A DNA stretch of 64,000 nucleotides from Mobula hypostoma (taxonomy: Eukaryota): NCBI RefSeq assembly GCF_963921235.1, contig NC_086108.1, positions 97,962,001-98,026,000 on the forward strand, written 5' to 3'. Numbering within the stretch: the first letter of the stretch is position 1; each line of letters opens with the position of its first letter. Positions 60,459 through 64,000 of this stretch are shown here, in pieces. Position numbers and translations under genes: made by a program. The notes under the pieces are model-generated. The model searched no databases. It saw only the letters and a program-made list of their open reading frames with translations, and had not been told where the DNA came from.

Positions 60459-62157
60459 CTGTAATGAACCAAAAACTAAACAGAAATAAATAGGAATTTA
60501 TGCTAAAACGTGCCTGTTTTATTTTTATGTTGTGTAGAAAGGCTAATGAGAAGGTTGTGTCTGGATCAGACCGCTGGAAGGCAGATCTGGGCAATGTCTA
60601 TGTTCTTGGATTGCCTGTGGGTTTTCTTGGCATGTTAGAACAGACAAAATTCAGAATATCTTATATCTGCTACATTAGGTTTGAACACTCTGTTCTACAG
60701 TGCAGAGATTTTCATTAAAGATTCATTTACGATAGCAAAGTCCTCACAAGCTTTTTCTTCCAACCAAACAAAACATTAACTACACTTTCACTAATAAACT
60801 TTAACTCCTCTCTTGATAATGTTTATCCCACCTTGAAAGCGAGAATCCTTCCCTTTGAGTACATGGTCAGTAATATTCGATTTTTAGACCGATCTCTAGT
60901 TTTTGAACCTAGAATGAATTGGAGGTTTTCAGGGAATTGGTTTTCCCTCAAAAAGACGGGGTCCATCATTAAGGACCCCCATCATCCAGGACATGCCTTG
61001 TTCTCATCAGGAAGGAGGTACAGGAGCCTGAAGGCACTCACTGACGATTCAGGAACAGCTACTTACCCTCTGCCATCAGATTTCTGAATGGATATTGAAC
61101 CTATGGACACTACTTCACTATTTTTTAGTTCTGTTCTTGCACTTTTTAGTTAATTTAACTATTTATATATATATACTGTAATTCACGGTTTTTTCTCTAT
61201 TATCATGTACTGCATCGTACCGCTGCTGCAAAGTCAATGAATCTCACAACGTATGCCAGAAATATTAAACCTGATTCTGACTCTGATTTTTTAAATTTTT
61301 ATTTAGAGGTAACAGGCTCTCCTGGCCCAACGATCCCCCTGCGCCCAGTTATGCCCATGTGACCCATTAACGCACTAACTCGTATGTCTTTGGAGCAAAC
61401 GGAAGCACCCAGAGGAAACCCACATGGTCATGAGGAGAAAGTGCTAAATCCCTACAGACAGTGAACTCGGGTCTTTGGCACTGTACACTAACCACCACAC
61501 TACCATGCCTCCCCAGTAATTACAGCAAACGTCATTTCTCCAATAATTACAGCAAATATTAGAAATTAATATACTGTACGTTACTATGGTTTTACCTAAG
61601 TACAACATTCACCTGGACACAGTAAGCAATTGAAGCTTTCTTAGCTGAATTATATAGAAATTGGTTTACTATTGTCATATACAACCAAGATATCGTGGAA
61701 AAACAATGTTTTCCATATAGATCATTTCATTTCAAAGCTTTATTGAGGCAATACAAGTGAAAACAAAAACAGAGTGAAAGTTCAGTACAGGTAGACAGAA
61801 AACATAAAAGCCTGAAACATGATGGTATCAGGTTTGCTGGCCACAGAGTTCTAAACTTATAAGAAGACCTTATGCCTGATCTGATATAAATAGCCACAAG
61901 TACTCTCACTGAAGAGAGATTATTCTGTAACTACCCAATCTTCAAAGACTAGTTCACTTCCCTGTTCATTATCCACGCAAATTAACCTGCCAATGCCCAC
62001 TATTCGAATGATGGGTCTGCTCTCTCTACCAACGAGCAGATATTTCCAGCTAAGAAAGTAGTTTAAAACACAGTTCATTTATTTTCAGTGATACAGGTTT
62101 AAATCCACACAGCACAGCTAAAACTCACAGTGGATTTCTATCTTAAACATGTTCCAT

Positions 62158-62292
62158 TTACAAACCATTTCTAAAACTCAAAGCATTTCTCAAACATAAA
62201 CCATTTCTAAAACCCGAAAGATAAAGCACAAAGCACAAAGTATTTCTTAAGCTCAGAGGATTTCTCAAACACAAAGGATTTCCAAAACACAG
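62158..62292. repeat. Degenerate ~17-bp minisatellite
   Basis: Units resembling CAAAGCATTTCTCAAAC recur five or more times. Confidence 0.65.
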
Positions 62293-63221
62293 GTACAATT
62301 CATATAAACTAAAAAGACAAACTCGCAATGCACACAAACGCGTTGTCCTTCACAGAAACCAAAGCTCAAGGAATGGATTCAAGTTCACTAGAATGGATTC
62401 TAGTTTCTTCCATGTTTCTTTTTGATGTTCCTTGCCCCATTCCTAATAAACCTGAACTGCTCTTGTACCCTCTTTCTCCCACTTGGGTGACTTCACATGC
62501 ACTTATTCCTCAGATATCCTTTTAACGCAAGCAGTCTAAAAATATTTTTGAAGACATAGACCTCAGCATAATGTCTACAGTTCATAGTTAATGCTGTAAA
62601 GCTAACTTCCTTGAGTATATAAATCCTTCTGTTATTGGTATGCTAAATGATATTATCCATCTGTTCTGCAAACTTCCTTGAACTTAAGAGTCTGCTTATC
62701 TATTTGAAACAACCCAAACTAAACAACCCATGGTCTTATACTGTATCACAAGCAGTAAGATAGGATGCTGGGTGCTAGCATCTGCTTTTACACAGAGCGT
62801 CTGCAAAATACAGAGCTTGTTTGCAAAGCTATTCTATAGATGATACTTTAACTTCAAACTGGTTACTGTTTCTATTTACATATTATGAACTGAAGACTCG
62901 ACTTCTATTTACGATTAGAAATTAAACAATGCAATATTCGTTGGAAGTTTACTACATCTGTTTTTGATGTTACAAATAGCAGCTGTATTTAGAAAGCAAG
63001 TTTAGCAGGATCTCACAGGATAGTGAACATCCATCACAAAAGCATGTGCCACGAGGCTCAAGAGCAGTTTCTATCCCACTGTTATAAGATATCCCATGGT
63101 TCTCTAGTATGATATGATGGATTCTTGACTTCACAACCTATCTTGCGGTGACCTTTCATCACATTGAATGTCACACGGCACTTTCTATATATTTTCCTTT
63201 TAGTGACATGATTTATAATGA

Positions 63222-64000
63222 TAACATATAGAACATACATAGAACATAGAAGATAGAATAGTACAGCACAGTACAGGCCCTTCGGCCCACAGTGTTGTGC
63301 TGACCCTCAAACCCTGCCTCCCATATAAGCCCCCACCTTAAATTCCTCCATATACCTGTCTAGTAGTCTCTTAAACTTCACTAGTGTATCTGCCTCTACC
63401 ACTGACTCGGGCAGTGCATTCTATGCACCAACCACTCTCTGAGTAAAAAACCTGCCTCTGATATCCCCCTTGAACTTCCCACGCCTTACCTTAAAGTCAT
63501 GTCCTCTTGTATTGAGCAGTGGTGCCCTCGAGAAGAGGCGCTGGCTATCCACTCTATCTATTCCTCTTATTATCTTGTACACCTCTATCATGTCTCCTCT
63601 CATCCCCCTTCTCTCCAAAGAGTAAAGCCCTAGCTCCCATAATCTCTGATCATAGTGCATACACTCTAAATCAGGCAGCATCCTGGTAAATCTCTTCTGT
63701 ACCCTTTCCAATGCTTCCACATCTTTCCTATAATGAGGCGACCAGATCTGGACGCAATGCTCCAAGTGTGGCCTAACCAGAGTTTTATAGAGCTGCATCA
63801 TTACATCGAGACTCTTAAACTCTATCCCTTGACTATGAAAGCTAACACCCCATAAGCCTTCTTAACTACCCTATTCACCTGTGAAGCAACTTTCAGGGAT
63901 CTGTGGACATGTACCCCCAGATCCCTCTGCTTCTCCATACTACCAAGTATCCTGCCATTTACTTTGTACTCTGCCTTGGAGTTTGTCCTTCCAAAGTGTA
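63222..64000 (-). mobile_element. Young CR1 LINE 3' portion; runs off the window end
   Basis: LYKTLVRPHLEHCVQIWSPHYRKDVEALERVQKRFTRMLP..MRGDMIEVYKI and a (TTCTATG)n tail. Confidence 0.95.

Noticed and set aside
60832..62049. Possible upstream minus-strand exons (60832-60908, ~61613-61644, ~61987-62049)
   Set aside because: Each has AG/GT boundaries and an open frame, but the phases do not chain to the 60458 acceptor and the peptides are unrecognised. Not supportable without RNA data.

Overview
Eukaryotic, repeat-saturated vertebrate DNA, most likely a cartilaginous fish (ray/shark; inferred from the CR1, Penelope and V-SINE repertoire). Most of the window is nested, decayed transposable elements: CR1 LINEs (one with a 457-codon uninterrupted RT frame), Rex1/Babar LINEs, Penelope-like elements with hammerhead motifs, RTE-derived short elements, Tc1/mariner, pogo/Tigger and hAT MITEs, two LTR relics and tRNA-SINEs. 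Most listed ORFs are TE fragments or antisense noise. Non-TE content is a 5'-truncated retrocopy of an Hv1/HVCN1-type proton-channel mRNA (44673-45091, minus), a candidate last coding exon of an unidentified host gene near 60.3-60.5 kb (minus), and several repeat-free islands that may be conserved non-coding elements. The most notable signals are two HDV-like ribozyme folds at the 5' ends of RTE-derived elements (44491-44642 and 47984-48191), one of which has an unusual extra hairpin between P3 and P1. All calls were made by eye, and TE boundaries are approximate unless a TSD or TIR is quoted.
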